The notes below the pieces were generated by a model. That model worked only from the letters and a program-made list of their open reading frames with translations. It made no database searches and had not been told where the DNA came from. A DNA stretch of 64,000 nt from Camelus dromedarius (taxonomy: Eukaryota), in the NCBI RefSeq assembly GCF_036321535.1, contig NC_087437.1, positions 67,582,001 through 67,646,000 on the forward strand, in the 5' to 3' direction. Positions 63,390-64,000 of this stretch are shown one piece after another. The position numbers and the translations under genes are program-made. The first letter of the stretch is position 1, and each line of letters opens with the position of its first letter.

Positions 63390-64000
63390 AGCTAGGCATG
63401 GCTGACAGCTGCCTGAGTTTGTTGAGCACCTGTGCTGTGCTCAGGTCTGTGCCAGGTGCTGGAGTGTTAGAGAAGGAATATAAGGGGCTAACCGTTGGGT
63501 TGTAAGGTGATTGTCTGCATTTTACAAATGAGCGATCTGGGGCTCAGGGTCATAGCTAGTACAGGGAAAAACTGGGACTTGACTCCAAGACTATGTGACT
63601 CCAAAGACCCTGGGCTAAGGATATGCTTTGCCATGTGTATGATGCAAGAGGAAACCAGGTTGACCAGGAGACGTTGCTGAAAGTAGTCAGAAATTGGGTA
63701 GGAATGAAGTAAAGTTGCTTATTTCCAAGTCTGCACCCAGTCTGGCAGAGCATTTTAGATTTGGAGGAAACAGAGAACCCCTGAGTGTTTTAGATCTGGA
63801 GGAGAGTCTATAAGAAATGGTAATTAAAGCTGACACTTATAATGAGAAGCCAGAAAGGGAAGGGCAAGGTTATATTAGGGGACATTGTTGCTATAATCTA
63901 GCCACAGAAAGATGAGTGCCTGGACTGGGTACTGAGAGTAAAAATGGAGAGACATGGATTTATGGCATTTCAGAGAAAGGAAATACATTTTATAATTTAC
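63390..64000 (-). mobile_element. L2 and MIR fragments
   Basis: tttgttgagcacctgtgctgtgc...tgtgccaggtgctgg (L2 tail); cattttacaaatgag...gggtcatagctagt (MIR); ttgctataatctagccacagaaagatgagtgcctggactggg (L2). Confidence 0.65.

Noticed and set aside
1..64000. ORF-track entries as host protein-coding genes
   Set aside because: All are short (60-159 aa), many start at TTG/GTG, most overlap repeats, and none resembles a cellular protein family I recognise. The only meaningful ones are L1 ORF1/ORF2 remnants.
1..64000. CRISPR arrays, operons, defence systems or other prokaryotic/viral systems
   Set aside because: The sequence is mammalian repeat-rich non-coding DNA, with no regularly spaced repeat-spacer array and no gene-dense segment

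Overview
AT-rich, repeat-dense non-coding mammalian DNA (intergenic or deep intronic). It is most likely from a camelid (camel, alpaca or llama), judged from a tRNA-Ala-derived Vic-1-type SINE and several lineage-type L1 3' ends. I find no host protein-coding gene, rRNA, functional tRNA, CRISPR array or prokaryotic feature. The only protein-like reading frames are decayed retroelement remnants (L1 ORF1/ORF2, ERVL gag/pol, CR1/L3 reverse transcriptase). Well over half of the window is recognisable interspersed repeat: L1 of several ages, L2, MIR, CR1/L3, MaLR/ERVL/ERV1 LTRs, hAT MITEs and one partial LTR16A/ERVL provirus. Repeat family names come from recalled consensus sequences, not a database search, and boundaries of old repeats are approximate (tens of bp). 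The best leads lie in the repeat-poor stretches: a HOX/PBX/MEIS motif cluster at ~33.3-34.0 kb, splice signals for a candidate non-coding transcript at ~29.0-30.4 kb, a CpG-retaining/GC-shifted patch at ~48.2-50.6 kb and a nuclear-receptor motif cluster at ~52.5 kb. I do not see evidence for a new biological system; these leads are hypotheses to test.
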